Translations under genes and position numbers: made by a program
Notes under the pieces: generated by a model
What the model was told of the DNA's origin: nothing
The model's database searches: none
The model's input: only the letters and a program-made list of their open reading frames with translations
NCBI RefSeq assembly: GCF_964355755.1
Contig: NC_092671.1
Location: forward strand, 14,756,001-14,820,000
Reading direction: 5' to 3'
DNA from: Antedon mediterranea
Taxonomy: Eukaryota; Animalia; Echinodermata
DNA length: 64,000 nt
Shown: in pieces, positions 1 to 27,211 of the stretch
Numbering within the stretch: the first letter of the stretch is position 1
Layout: each line of letters opens with the position of its first letter

Positions 1-428
1 ACGTCATCGTATGGCCACCCATATATAAAATATAGGATTTTTTTCTCTTTCGTCATAGTTCGTCAAATTTAATAGAGCGCATCTCCACTTATCCGTATTC
101 CATTTCACTCAATTTTTTTATTTTGTCTAGGTCAATTAATTATCTTTCGCATGATTCACCATTTTTTTAAATTGTGATGACGTCATCATGTTCAAAGGCG
201 TCAATAACTTTGGTCACTTATTTTCACCTATTCTGCACTGTATGTAGTACGTATACAGTATATAGTGTATACCGTATATACTCAGACGTGACGAAAAAGA
301 GAGAACACACTGAAATTGTTTCAATGCCTTAATCGTTTTTCTGCACGCAATATTCTAACGTATGACGTGCACGTGGCTTTTGCGCTGCGGATAACCTAAC
401 TCGTCCGTAGTGACGAGTTCAAATCTAG
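1..428 (+). mobile_element. Non-autonomous Helentron/DINE-1-like element, family A; 3' part of the inner copy
   Basis: Near-identical to 1148-1573. Ends with the 3' subTIR gcggataacc, the hairpin aactcgtc-cgtagt-gacgagtt and CTAG followed by TT. Confidence 0.82.
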
Positions 429-1573
429 TTTCTATATTCTTCTTTCTTTCCACGAATTTTGTTGCACGCATATCTCTAATTCTGGCTAACAAATGATTGT
501 ATAACTTTGTCATAAGATTGACCTATATCTGTAGATGTGCAAGAAACTTTGTTTTTTGATTTTCGAGTTGCGCAGCGTAAGTTACGCGCAATTTTATGAA
601 TTTCAATGATTGATCATAGATTAAAAACCAAAAGTCATTTTCTATTGACACTTGGTGAAAATTTAAGTTATATCATGCGCAAACTTTCTATGGATTAAAA
701 ATGGAATGTTTTACATAAAGTTACGCGCGCACGCGCGTTCAAAATTTCAAAATGCGCAAAATTCATTTCTAATCAACTTTCTACGCGTTTCATGTCATTT
801 TGAGCATTTCAAAAATTCCCACGCGTGCGCAATATTTTTACGTGCGCGTGCGCACGTAAGGCAAAAACATGTTTTTTTTGCTTGATTTTTGTTTTTTCAG
901 CCTTTTCTAGTAAATTTACCAATTTTCAATCAATTTCGACTTGAAATCACGTCATACGAGCACGTAGAATTGAACAATTTGCGCGCGTTTTTGATTAAAA
1001 AGTTCACAAATTCGTGAAAATTATGCCTTTTTTAAAACAGTCATAGATTGTAAACTACGTGGTGAACTTTTTTAAAATTACATATTCTGAAAGGTGATGA
1101 GTTGTAGATATCGAATCATGTATCGATATGGCTAACCGGACATTGTGACGTCATCGTATGGCCACTCGAATATAAAATATAGGATTTTTGTCACTTTCTC
1201 ATAGCTCATCACATTTAATAGAGCGCATCTCCACTTATCCGTATTCCATTTCCCCCCATTTTGTTATATTGTCTAGGCCAATCAATTATCTTTCGCACAA
1301 TCTACCATTTTTTAAATTGTGATGACGTCATCATGTCCAAAAGCGTCAATAACTTGGGTCCCTTATTTTCACCTATTCTGCACTGTATGTAGTACGTATA
1401 CAGAATACAGTGTATACCGTATATACTTTGACGTGACGCAAAATAGAGAGCGCACTAACATTTTTTCAATGGCATAATCGTTTTTCTGCGCGCAATATTC
1501 CAACGTATGACGTGCACGTGGCGTTTGCGCTGCGGATAACCTAACTCGTCCGTAGTGACGAGTTCAAATCTAG
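429..1573 (+). mobile_element. Non-autonomous Helentron/DINE-1-like element, family A; outer copy
   Basis: Same 3' subTIR, hairpin and CTAG end; body homologous to ~56350-57150. Confidence 0.82.
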
Positions 1574-1895
1574 TTTATTATTATTATTTGAATTTAATAT
1601 TTTTTTTAATGTGATTTTACAAGATTTAATAATTTTGTTTTAACGTTCTGCTATTTTTAGTAGGCAATTTCATCATTTTATATTAATATTATTTCCTATT
1701 TCAACTTTTAACTGTACTTGTTACAATCTGTGGTTTTATTGAATTCCATTTTTGTCATTTTAACTGTCTTTTTATTAAGAAAATATAAAGAAACAAAAAT
1801 TGAATTGATTATTTATTTTGATATTGTCAAACAAACATTGCACATATTAAACCTCAATTCCTGTCAACAAATTCTAAGAAAAGGAACCTTCCTAA

Positions 1896-14255
<12,360 letters not shown>

Positions 14256-17200
14256 TAGTGAGTTAATGTACTTACAGAGGGTAAGTATAGTCATTAATTG
14301 TTGTAGTCTATTATAATATGGATTCCAAAAAATGTCATAGAATTTTGATATAAAATTTTGTTTTGATTTTATTTGTTTTGACCATAACATCAATTGTAGT
14401 AATGTTCTAACCCCAGTTCCTTATTTATTTTGTTCTTATTTAACCAGGGATTATTTTACAACTCCCTGAATTAACCACACACTAGACCATATTTTAGGTG
14501 TAGTTTTGTAGTTAAACATGTACACCTAACTAACTTAGTCGTACAAAGCTTATTTTGCCTGCTAGATTGTGTAAATTTGAAAAATGTTATTCAAATGAAT
14601 GTATATTTGAATAAAAACAGATTTTATGTTTTAATTAATAAACATTAAAATCCCCAAAATAAAGATAGTTTTCCTGCCCCTGGTAAGAATATCTTTTTTT
14701 TTTTTATATTAGAAGTTTTAGAATAGGTGAAGTTCCTAGGGTCTTTAATATTTCCAAGGCCTTTAGATACTAACTTACCCAGTTAGCGGTTACGTTGTGG
14801 TTAGAATTAAGTGTCACCCGGTGCCTGGCTGGTGTCAGTTTAGGAAAGTCTTGTGTCAGTGATTATTGAGCAATGTTGATTTCTAATCCATGGATCAATA
14901 ACTGCAGATGGCTAAATGATTTTTAGTTTAGCACCCGGCATCATATCCTTGTTTTTTTTAAAGATTTGATTTGTGTTTTTTACAGTGTTTGAAATGAAAG
15001 TATTTATATACTTGATAAACAAAGATAAACGCCACTGTGGTTTTTTTTTTATTTCTTCAATGCTTTTTTGTTCCTGAGAATAGTTACAGGATCTTCTGAT
15101 CCATGGTGTATTTTTCTTTTTTCTTTCAATGTTGCTTGCAGTTAATATCCTATTTTTAGTGGAACACTAACTATTTTGTTAATAAATTGAAACTTCTGTT
15201 TAGCTGGAGATGTGGTAGCACACTCTCTGCTCCTGGTTCTCCCCTTACGGTGCTACAATTTTGCTTCACACTCTCAACTCTATGAGAGTACAGTCTTGCC
15301 CCTAACCATGATTTTACATTCTTTCCCCTAACAATAGAATACTATCCTTTCTTTACCTTTATGAAGGATTGATACCCTCAATCTGAACCTAAAGCCACTA
15401 TTATGAAATAGATTCCCATGCCAACAGTACGTAATTTTGTTATTACATTTTGAGGATTAACCTGGTTTTGAAACGCTTCAAACCTTTTAATCCTTAACGG
15501 TAATTCTAAAGCTTCGTTTAGACTTGTTAAACTTACACTTTTGCATTCATTCAACGTATTTCTTTATTGTTTATAGCTGCAGTGAAGGCCTGTGGTATTT
15601 GCTGACATTTTTCACTTGTGTTTGACTTGACTGCTGCACTCTATGCAGTCTTTTAATCTTTGGTAAAACTATCTTTTTTACTGCTCATCTTCTATTCAAT
15701 AGTTATGAATAGCCTCATTGAGAACTTCTGTTAAGTCATTGATGACCTTTTATTCACTGTTCACCAGAGGCATATTTGAGATTTTCAGAATTTTTATGAT
15801 AATATTATTAATCTCAATGGGAAAAAGATAAATATTTGACATCAGTTAGCTAATAAACATTTTATAAATGATAAACAAATTATTGTAAATAAATATTCTT
15901 GCCCACACTGTAAATACACACAGTTGTTTAATATTTAAAACAAAACATGATTTTGTGCTTAATGCAATATATTTACGTAAATAGCAATAATTTATCTATT
16001 TAGTAAGAATATTTACAGTATAATTTTGCCTAATCTTTAAATGTTATTAAGTTCTAAATTGTGCTATAAGCCATTGGCCCTGATTTGTGTACAGTATGCA
16101 AATGTTCGCTTTTCCAAGATGCTTTCATTATATAAATAAAGCATGGAGTTATTTCTCCATGAATAAAGTAATAATAATATTTTAACATGCATACATCTTG
16201 AAGTTTGCAGCATAATGGTTATCTTTTAATAACAGCTTTAATTATAGACCAAAAATCATAGTTATAATTTATACATTTTATTAGATTACTGTTTATTAAA
16301 TTTAACAAAACCAATTGACAGTAAGGCCATATAAAAAAATATATTTATCGTCCCCTCCCTTTTTTTCTATTTTTGCAAAAATGAATGTTTCATTACCAAA
16401 AATATATGAGATCTGATGAATAGACATACAGATCCATGAAGTTGGTGGATCCTCATAAATTGTTTCTCTGTTGTATTGTGTACACTACAGGCCATGTTTA
16501 TATTTTGCCACCTAAATACTGCTTTTAGAAAAAAGAAAAAACTCCACTACTGACAATTTTGAGGATATAGGATGATAAACAATTAATTTTTTTATAGGGC
16601 TCAAATTGTAAAAATTAAATGTATTTTTGTATAAGTAAGTTTGTAAATGAACAATAATAAATTGATTATAAAAACAGTTGTTGTATTTTTTATGTTGTAC
16701 ATTATAACTTTTTGCAGCCTGGCTGATTGAAGAGGAATCATTATTCATTACTTGAATTGCCTTTATTTTAGGTCATAGTCGTTTAGATTGAACCATATGC
16801 ATGATGAGTATGGTATGGTATTGGTGTCAAAAATCAAGTATTCAAGGTTGCCATGGCAGATTGAATGTTTTACAAGTTTGTTTGTAATCTAATGGCCATG
16901 TACTACATAAAGTACAGTATGCCATATATGACTTGTAATCCTGAGAATATTTTGTGGTCAAAAATATCTTTTGCACACCTACAAATTGGCAACCCGTTTT
17001 ACATCATACTATGCAAGTATTGAAGGCACCCCTGGTATAAAGGTGTTACCGTATTTGAAATGTGGTATCTCTGGTTCAATACCTTTGAAAGTTTCAATAT
17101 AATAACTGTAATCTTGTGTACTTAACCTATCGATTACTGCTTCCTATTGGACTTTATCCTCTTATATACCATAGTGCACTTTATAGTTCATATGGTAATT

Positions 17201-18362
17201 TCATCATGGATTCTCCTATTCTATGCCTCAGTGCTTTGCTGGCACAAAAGGAAATAACTCAACCTCTCAAAGGTAATTGAGAGGAACTAACAGATTAAAA
17301 TCTTATGTAGGGAAAAAATAGATCAGCCATGCTTTATACCTGCAATTTTGACTGCTACCGAGAGACGAGAGAATTACTCACTATCCAATCCAGAATGGAA
17401 CCCTTCAAATTGCTAGTCATAGGTCATTCCCCCTGGGTAATTATTAGGGGTTGTACACCTCCCTTTGTTAATTACCTAAACTGATTTCCATTTATAGAAT
17501 GTTATGGAATGTAGATCACCTGAAATCTGTTTTTGATATTATTTTGCATAATTTAATTATTGTATGAAACAGTTGGTTAATGAGACTTGTCTGGAGTTTG
17601 GATTATTATGAAAACATTGTGTAAACTTTGTATAATGTTGTTAGTCTTACCATAACCCCTCTCTTTACCATCACTTTCATGTCTACCTTTGTACGTGTAA
17701 TTAAGTCATTTTGATGTTAAAAAGATGATGGATTTTATATGTCAGCCACCTTTAATCCAGATGTTCTGTTATGTAAACTTTGCCTAATGTTCTAACAACA
17801 TGGATTACAAAAAGGATGAGAAGTAGTAAGCCATGAAGCCAAGCCAATCCCATTTATGACTAAAACTGTTTAATGCCTGGAATTCAGACTTATTAGTAGT
17901 GTGGAGAGATGGTAATGGATTTTGTTTGGAGTGGGTGGTCTTTAGGCATTTCATAGCATTTTAGTACCAGTCATAATGTTTATCTTCCTCATCAGTCAAA
18001 CAATTTGAAATTCTTCAATGGTTCAAGGGTGGATATAAAATTTGGGGATAAGGTAAGAAATTTGGCAATAAAATTTGAAAATTGGATCAAAGAGACATTA
18101 CTTGCAGACAGGACCTTGCCAACAACAATTCCTTTAATAAAAAAACAGATTATAGTTATACATTAGTAGGCCTACATGTAGTGTTTCTGGTTTAACAATT
18201 AAGCAAAGATGTTTTAATCATTAATTATTGTCTTCAAGTTGTCAGTCTTACTTATCTAATGTCAATGCACCAATTCCTCTGCCACAACTGTCATCAGTCC
18301 CATCCTTATCATATACCATGGCACAGTCAATTGTCATTCAAATCATTAAATACTGTATATGA

Positions 18363-18493
18363 TAATCAAGATAGTTAATCAAGATAGTTAATCAAGCTTC
18401 CTTTTATTTATCAATTTATTCACTTTTATTTATCAATTTATTCACTTTAATTTATCAATGTATTCACTCTAATTTATCAATGTATTCACTTTA
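18363..18493. repeat. Adjacent 13-bp (about x2.6) and 22-bp (x4) AT-rich tandem repeats
   Basis: taatcaagatagt repeats, then cttttatttatcaatttattca x4. Confidence 0.8.
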
Positions 18494-18869
18494 AATTCAA
18501 AGTTCATTCAGATGTAAAGTACATCTTCCTGATTTTATATCATTTGCAAAAAAAATTCAATGTTAAACAGCAATGCTTTCAATTCTATTGTTATGCCTGT
18601 TTGTAGTGTCTTTGTTATCTTCTACAGATTTAAAAATAGATTTTTCCAGGAAGATATTCTAAATTCTATTGTACCCAGTATTATCACTATGCTGTACACT
18701 GTGTTTAATGCTGGTTTAATTAATGATTGTCTAGCATTAACTCACTCCTCTATATAAAAGTGTGAATTACTATTCATTCCAGTGCCATTGTTGATGAGAA
18801 CCAGCTATGATTAAGTTCAAAGCCTGAGCAGATTTGCATTGATTATAGTAAACCCTACCGTCATTCTTT

Positions 18870-18995
18870 AATGGAGACCCACTTTATAGTTTGATTTAGT
18901 TCGCTTTTGGGAATCCTGTCTCTCTGTATTGTTTGTTATTTTTTTGTTATAATTATGTGAGACGAAATAAATGAAATGAAAAAAAAAAAAAATGA
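18870..18995 (+). mobile_element. 3' end of a CR1/L2-group LINE
   Basis: T-rich 3' UTR, aataaa, (tgaaa)n and poly-A tail. Confidence 0.45.
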
Positions 18996-21664
18996 AATAT
19001 AATTCAGTACTACACTTCTAATTTCAGCAAATGTTAGGAGTCATTTAATGAACAATCATTCTAAACAAAGCACTAATCACAATTTAAAAAATCCTGTATA
19101 TCTTATTATGTAAAGGCTTGGCATTATCTAGTGTATAGGATCTGCAATCATAATGTTCATATGTATAGGGTATTTAAGGTAATCATTGTCAACTTTACAC
19201 CTATTCATCTGAAGTTACCTAATTTTGTAGTCAATTATGCCCACCATTGTTACAATTGTATTTATGGTAGACATGGTATTAAGCAAAGTGTTAAGTTAAA
19301 TAAGTTTCTTAACAAGTTCATGACTTAATTAAAACTCAAATGAGAGCTAATGAAGGCAGGTGCTACTTCTTTTTCCTGGTTCAGTAATCTTCTTGATTTC
19401 GTTACTGATTAACCCACAAATTATTTTATTTATAGGATAAATGAATTTCAGTTGTTTTAAACCAGCTTTTCAAAGTTTGGATAGTTGTTTTAAGGTGTTG
19501 CATTTATATTTTCTTTAGGCTTGTTATTTCTACTAATTGACCCACTACTGTAGCATTTCTATCTATACCTTTCTATAAAATATGAACATTGAAATGAGAA
19601 TGCTGGCCATTGTCGCCATTCAGCTGATTACATATATTTTTCATTACACCTGGTAAAATGCTAAAATTATCTCAATTCATTGCAAACATTTTTACAGAGT
19701 AACCAAAATAACTCAATTGATGACATGTGTAACAATGTAATTAGTCTGTGTGGGCTTCAACTTATCTGCACTGGTCAGCAGAGGTCACTTGTGCCAACTA
19801 CCTGTTTAGGGACACCTTTCTAGGGATACTGTTTGTTTTTAAGGTCCACTTTGATCATACCTACAAGGCTAGACTAGTTAATTGACTGTATGTTTTTATA
19901 TACCTAATGTCCAGGAGAGTTGGCATTTATGGGATATAAAGGATCAAGTGCTTATTTGAAAGATCATAATAAATAAAAATGCATTCTTTGAATAGATAGA
20001 TAGCCTTTTGTTGAGGAGGAGGTGGTATATTGCAATTATTGCAGATATTTTGGCAATATACAATAAGATAGCTGATGAAGGGCGTGTTCCTGGATAACTT
20101 GTTAATTAATGGCTGTTCATCTTGATTTAGCTGTTTAAGTTGACTTTTAGATTTTGTCATGGTGGAATTTTTGTGACTAGATTTGAGGGTGCTGGTGCCA
20201 GCAGTATGTTACAGGTGCTTACAAATTGTGTAAAGATTACCATCTCGTCTTCCTGTACCCTTCACCATCAGATATCTACTACAATGCCAATTTATATTTT
20301 TACTATGTGAACCAAGCAATACAGTAATCTATCAACACATTATCCTACCAAGAAGGATTTGATTTCTGATCCTTATTGAAATAAATCTGAACACTGATTA
20401 ACCCACACAGGGATGCAGCCTTGCCAGGGGTTGAGGACCTTATTTAGAAGGATGAGAATTTGGTAAATCACTAATAAATGTCCCATAAAAAAATACATCT
20501 CAGACATGTTGACAGATAGAGTGTAAATTACAAGTTTGAACATTTATCTAGAAAATGTTGTAATGATTTGTGATTCAGGAAATTTATACTACCTGCAGTA
20601 TTTTTGTATTGATAAATATTGGCTTGGCTGTGGTTGTTATGTATTAAATCTACCCTTTGATCTATAACCATATATATTATGGTTGTAGTACATTTACAAG
20701 TTGTTTTTTTTTTCAATCCATCCCATGCCCCCTTTGTTTTTTGGCCGCAGTCTATAGATTGTGGAACATCGCTTTTGGTACCTCACAATACAAACAGATC
20801 CTCATTAGTTCCTCAGGTAACAGACTGCACCCCACACCCTTTTAAGCAATTAGTACCGACTGGCTCCAAGTATCTTGTCACACACCAGGTGACAAAGCTG
20901 AGAAAATCTTTAGGTGGTAACCTTGATGTCCATTTGATAACTGACCACTCATAGCAGGATGCTAACAGGAAGTGGTCACTCACTGGGCTTTACAGTGTAC
21001 AAAGAATCAGATACAAATTTGTCAGGAATGTGAGATGGTTTTCATATCTTCTTTTTCTAAATAAGAAACATCAGCTGACTGGGCACTCCTGAATTCTTGT
21101 CTCTGGGAAATGTTCTTTATTTGATTATAATCCATCTTATATTTATTCACTTCTTGTTATTTCTTTGGCTGAGAAGTGTGGCATATAACAATTAACATGA
21201 ATGGTAGCACAGGCCGCCATGTTTACTTGCATTTTTGTAATAATGATATTTTGCGAACCACATATTGTGATATCATGTACTTGTTAACAGTTCAGGTCAA
21301 ATATTTAAACGATGTAATATTGAAAACATATTTAAAGTTGAGTATCATTTAAAGGGACTGAAACACAATATATACATCCAGATATGTATACTGTATAATC
21401 ATCCCACTCTAAAAGGCTTTAGAAATTCATAGTTGGCCATGCTGTAACTGACTTCCATAAAAAAAGTGATTATTTGTATTCAAATTGAGTAAAGTACATT
21501 AATGTAAAATGATTTATTATGGTATGTGATGCAAAGTACATATATTTATATATATAAGAATAATCTATAATTTACAATGTTTTATATATTTTTAATCCAT
21601 CAGATATTATTTATTGAACTGATATGGTTTTGTTTATTACAGAACAGTACATACAACACAGCAC

Positions 21665-21875
21665 TTTATGTTATGTTATTGTTATGTTATTTATTTATTA
21701 TTCACAATTTTTTATTTTCCTTTAAGTTCTGTTATTTATTTGTTAATTTTGTAGCTTAAGTTAGTTAAGATGTTTTAAAAGGTACCAAGCTTGATTAGCT
21801 CCGGCTATAGCTTGGCTACCTTTTGTATTGATTAATTGTTTGATACAATAAAGAAGAACAACAGAACAACAACAA
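21665..21875 (+). mobile_element. 3' end of a non-LTR retroelement
   Basis: T-rich tract, stem-loop aaaaggtaccaagct...agcttggctacctttt, aataaa and an (aac)n tail. Confidence 0.5.
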
Positions 21876-22760
21876 CTGTATCTTTAAATTGTATTTGATA
21901 GAACAGCAGCATATTATGTATAAATCCCATGATTGGTATTCACAAAATTAGGTACAAATTGCCTAGTGGCAGATGCGGTCAACGTCTGTTGTGGTATGTA
22001 TATCAGTTAGTATTACCCATGGTGGGCTAAGCAAATCAACCACCTCTACTTGACTTCTATCCCAACCTTTTTCCTTGTATCATTACTTCGACCTTTTGCT
22101 CCCTCTCTCTATCCTCTGGCTATGACAACTGACTAGACTATGGAACTGTTGCCTTGATCAAAGACAATGATGAAATGAAATACTGTACAGTAATTCACAA
22201 GTATTGTTTTTATTTACTTTGGCGCAGTAAACAAAATGTCTTTATTGAGTTGATTTGTTATTTTTGGTTGGTTAAAGACTGGCAAGGTACATTACGATCA
22301 AGTACTGTACTAATAAACATACAACCTGGGAATGTAGGCTTTTATTAGGAGTGTGTAATAAACCAAAAAATGTAGTATTTTACTAAAAATATGAGGTACT
22401 TCAGTATAATTAATCTTGGTCCTTAAAATATTTCAAATTGTCCATGCATATGGTGATAAGCAAGAGTAATAGTATACCTACCACTTAATTTTGGAATTTG
22501 CTATAGTTTAATTCTTCAAAAATTGTTTTGTTTTTTTAATTTTATTTGTTTACATTAATATTATTGAAACTGAGAGACAGTTAACCAATTAACACCAGCA
22601 ACTTACAATGTGATTAAGATGGCTAACCCTCGCTTGATTTCTTCTCACAGTTTTGGTAGATTCTAGGTCCAGACGTCAGACAATGTCATAATATGCATAT
22701 GTTGCAAATTGTAAATCTCTATAAATACAGTAATATATACATCTCTAGATGGCATCTTAA

Positions 22761-23889
22761 AATGGACCTGAAATGGAATTTCGATTTTCAAGAAATTCAC
22801 ACATGTTATTTAAATGTATCAAATTAACACAAACCCATACAAATAAAAACAAAATGTATAGTATTTTGAGTAAAAAAGAAATTTTAAGATACCATGGTAA
22901 ATTAGCGAAAATTACTCACGCCATTGCAATATTCTATTTCAACGGCCGTCGGAAGCCTCTATATTCACGACGTCACATATACACACGATGATATCGAGAG
23001 CGGGTATGCCGCCCGATAGTCAGTGAATGATCGACGGCCTGGAAAGATACGCGAAGCGTTGACACTAATACTAATTTATTCAATATCTAATGTTGTTGAA
23101 ATATAGGTCCCTAAAAAATGTACTTCGTTTGTTCTAAAACCCGAATTTAGAAGGCCTACCTCCCAAACCTTTACTAGGCCTAGGCCCCCAATCCAGTGCG
23201 CGGAGTCGATCCACCACCCACATCATGCGGCGAGGCTCCGTTTCATGTGCATCCAAGGACCAAAGCGATATCAACAACTTGCTGCGCTCATTGTCAAGCC
23301 AAAGTAAAATATGAATAAAATTCGTTTTCGAACTGCCTGATTCGTGACAAATAAATTATCATCTCATATTACTAATTTAATTCTGCTAAACTAAAAACTA
23401 AAGAAACTAACACATTTTAGCAGTATAAATTACGAACGATACAAAATACACGAACGGAAAATATGGATACGCATCATTGCGCACGGAGCTGTATCCCGGA
23501 CAACGTTGCCAGGCCAACTTCGGTATTGCCAGAAAAAAACCGTTGATTTTAAGATTTTAAATCGTCATTTACTCGATGAATAACCGTTTATACGGTAATA
23601 ATTTTATCTAAAAAAATTCTAAATACGTTTCTGCAAATGCACAAGCATTTTTTAGAAAATACTTCATAGATTTCAAGAGTTATAGCCAAAAAACTGCAAA
23701 TTGTCCATTGGAGGGATAGGAATATATTCGCAAAGTGACGTCACCCGCGAATTTTTTTGATTTTCAAATGGGGCTTTCCCCAAAAGGGCCAATTTATATT
23801 TTGTAACAATATACATTCTAGCAACACCTAATAGCCCCCAAAACATCATTCTAAAATGAAAAAAATCGAAAATCCATTTCAGGTCCATT
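22761..23889. mobile_element. Non-autonomous Kolobok-like DNA transposon (1.13 kb)
   Basis: TIRs aatggacctgaaatgga..ttcgatttt and aaaatcgaa..tccatttcaggtccatt; TTAA TSD at 22757-22760 and 23890-23893; the purine-purine 5' end fits Kolobok rather than piggyBac. Confidence 0.82.
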
Positions 23890-26800
23890 TTAAGAGGAAA
23901 ATCTTTTGTCTTCATTTTCTGCCTAAGCACAGAATTTGTTTCCTGTATGGCAGATACTTATTTTGTTCCTGAACCCATGGATGGAGTTATTATTTTATAA
24001 CTTCATGCTGAACCTAATCCTTTGTCTATGCTTCCTTCTTATAGCAGAACATAAGGAAATACTTTAACTTCTTCTCACTAATTATCATTTCAATTTCTGG
24101 GATTTTTTTAATGTCAAAGTGGTACTAAATTACTACTACTGTACTAATCTGCTGACTTAAAATGTCGGTCATTTTCTGAGGTCCTTATCATTTACTTTCC
24201 TTAAACACTTTTCAATTTATCTTTGCTATGTTTTCCTAAATATAGCATGGTATTAGAAATTTGGTTGTTATTTCATTCCAAGAATTTACCACAATTTAAA
24301 GTAATTTACCTTACCAAGCCTGGATAATTTTGATTTGCTGCTTCACATAGGTGTGAATTGGTGATATAATGGTGTGTATTCTGTCAAAGTATCTCATCAA
24401 ACAGATTTATTCATTAGTAGTATGAGTGTGGTCTGTTCATCCCAGGAACCTATGCATTATCACAGGATACAAAAAGCAGATGTTGTGACAACCTAGGGCA
24501 CTGTATGCATTCCATGTATACCAGTAAATTAACATCAAATATGTTAAATTTAATATTTTGAGTTTTCATCTGAATTACCATTTCATAAGAAATTGAAAAA
24601 TGAAAATACTAAGTCATAATTGGAAAACCAAATTATACTGGAAGTTTTAAAATACCTCATCAGACAGGAATATGATTATGAAATAAAAATAAATGATTAC
24701 CATGTAATAGTTTTGTTTGTGAATTTACTAATAATACAAATACAAAATAATTTAATTGCAAATAAAAATATCACCCGTCTGAAATGATAGTTGATAAATA
24801 AAGTGGTATATGAGAACTAAAAATGACATTGACATTTTTGTAACTGAAGGTAAATTGTAGCACAATGTACATTCAGTTATAAACTATTCCTAAAATACCC
24901 TAGTAACCCGTTTTAAATACCTACCAACAATGCTGGACAGTTTTCCCAAGGAAAACAAAAACAAAATAAATAGTTTGGTATTTGTATTTTCAGATCCCGA
25001 TACAGATGTGAATTTCCGGTGGTCGGTTCCACTGACTGATAACCATCTAGGTGCGAACTTACAATAAAGAATATTAAACTCTTTTCTTAACCAGGCTTTG
25101 TATATCAATGAATGCTTTACCAATTAATTGTGAATGAAAACAATTTCTGTCTTTTTGACCTGGATAGGTTACTGTAGAATCTTTCTAATATTATATCACT
25201 ATACAAAACCTGAATAGAAGATGGTTTGTTTCGTTTTGTGTCAGACTAATTGTGCGATGGTTATCTAGTGTACAGTGATTCTCATGTACTCTTGACTTGC
25301 TAAAAGAATTTTTATTTCTGTTCACTATTAGTGACTTATAGATTGCATTTTATTGAATTTGTTTGTTACAAGCTCATACAAAAGCTTTCTTTTTACTCTA
25401 TATTTGGATTTTTTGCTACAATATATAGCCTTCATAATTTCCATATCTTTGAAATCATATTTTAATATGATTTCAAAGTTTTTTTTTTTTTAAAAGGGAT
25501 GGAGGAAAGTTTATAAGCAAACGTGTCTCTGTAAAGCCCATAGTATCCTATTCATATACCTCTGCTTTAAAGTTATATTTACTTGCTTATTTGCTTTAGT
25601 TGATTTAATTCTGATAAATGTTGAAAAAGTTTCCTTTGTTGTCAAAAGACAGCCACCACCTGTAACCATTCACATTTGTCATTTTGAAATGCCGCCCTCT
25701 TGTGTTAATGCATTTCCTAAAAGTTTGTACAAATGGCATGTCTAGATAGGCAGTACTGTATAGTGTGTAGTTCTAACTGTCATTGAGGATTTTTAATATT
25801 TAGCATACTGTACAGTATATTAATGCATGTACTCCAATCTATACTCCAATCCTGCATTGGAGGTATTGTATGTACAGTAGCTAGCTGCAAACCCCATACG
25901 GTGCCCTTGTACACAGTGCCCTTGTACACAGTGAGAAAAATAATTTGTTTCTTAATAAGCAAAGTACCACCATTAGAGGAGGTCTTGAAATAAAAACATT
26001 TACCTGAGAAATGTTTATCAACCACCAATAATACAGTTTTGGATTGTATTAAAACATTTAAAAGCTCAACATAGTATTAGTCTGTTGGGATCTATTTTTA
26101 GTTAACTAGAATTCTATAGGTATTTAAAGACACATCTGGGAAGCCATCACCACCTGTAAGATATTATTGTTTTTTAATATTGATGATGTCTGATGTTGTT
26201 ACCAAGTTATGTCTCCAGGTTAGAGCTGTGGTCAATTTCAATGTATAAACCTTTCAAGCATTAATGCACACATAATATATTTTAACATGAATTGTCCGAA
26301 ATGGATCATCTAACTCGTCATGGCCAAGTTCAAATCTAAATTCTAACAATTATCTTAATTTCCATAACTTTCCCTTTTGTACTCAACTTATTTTCTCAGC
26401 TCCCAACTATTTACCATTATAACAATACTTGATTGAAGTCTTAAATTTCTAGTCCTGAACTTCAACAATGTTCTCTGGTTTGTTAATTAAATCTAATACT
26501 TATTCATTATACAAGTTCATGTATTTTAAATGGTTCTAATTTATTAAAATAATTACACTCAATGTACAGTGTCTGTTTTATTAGGCATTATCTTCAAAGT
26601 ATACTTGAATAAAGAAATATTACACAATACACAGTAACTTTCCTGTATAAATATACTTTGCATACTTTGTGAATTTTTGTCTGGCACCTGGCTATATACT
26701 TTTATTATACAAAGCCTACTTTCTATTGAATTGTACTTTTGATTTATGTGGTACAAAGTTTAAAAGAAAATCTATGTCAGGTTGCTAGGTAAAGATATAA

Positions 26801-27211
26801 AAAAAGCCTTTGAATAGTTATCTATTGACCTTTTTTCTCATTAAATTGTTATCAAAATAAAGATGCAACTTTAATAATGTTTTAAACATGTATACAAAAT
26901 AAAATTGTAATATTTAGTTTGAGATGATGGGGATAAGTTTCCCTTCAACAAGACTTGGTGTAGTGTTAGCCAAGTGCAGAAAGTATAGCGAAAATGGGTT
27001 AACCAATATGTCTTCATTCAGTTTGCCTAAAGTATATTTTATAGGGTATTCTTTTCGCACTGCGCCTGTTAGGCAGTTATATTCAAGTATCAAGCGGTTT
27101 ACTACGGCTGAAAAAATTGGTATTTGGAAACTCGGACTTGGCATGTGCAAACCCCAAAGCACGTCTGGGAGAAGAGAGACTATGAGATGTATGCAGACAG
27201 TAGCCTATGAG

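Noticed and set aside
20070-20105. Other CTGATGA words as hammerheads (also ~16414, ~36136, ~52152)
   Set aside because: No stem II followed by GAAA and a cleavage triplet.
20960-21225. Possible decayed THAP-domain sequence on the minus strand
   Set aside because: Only scattered short motifs needing several frameshifts; not supportable without a profile search.
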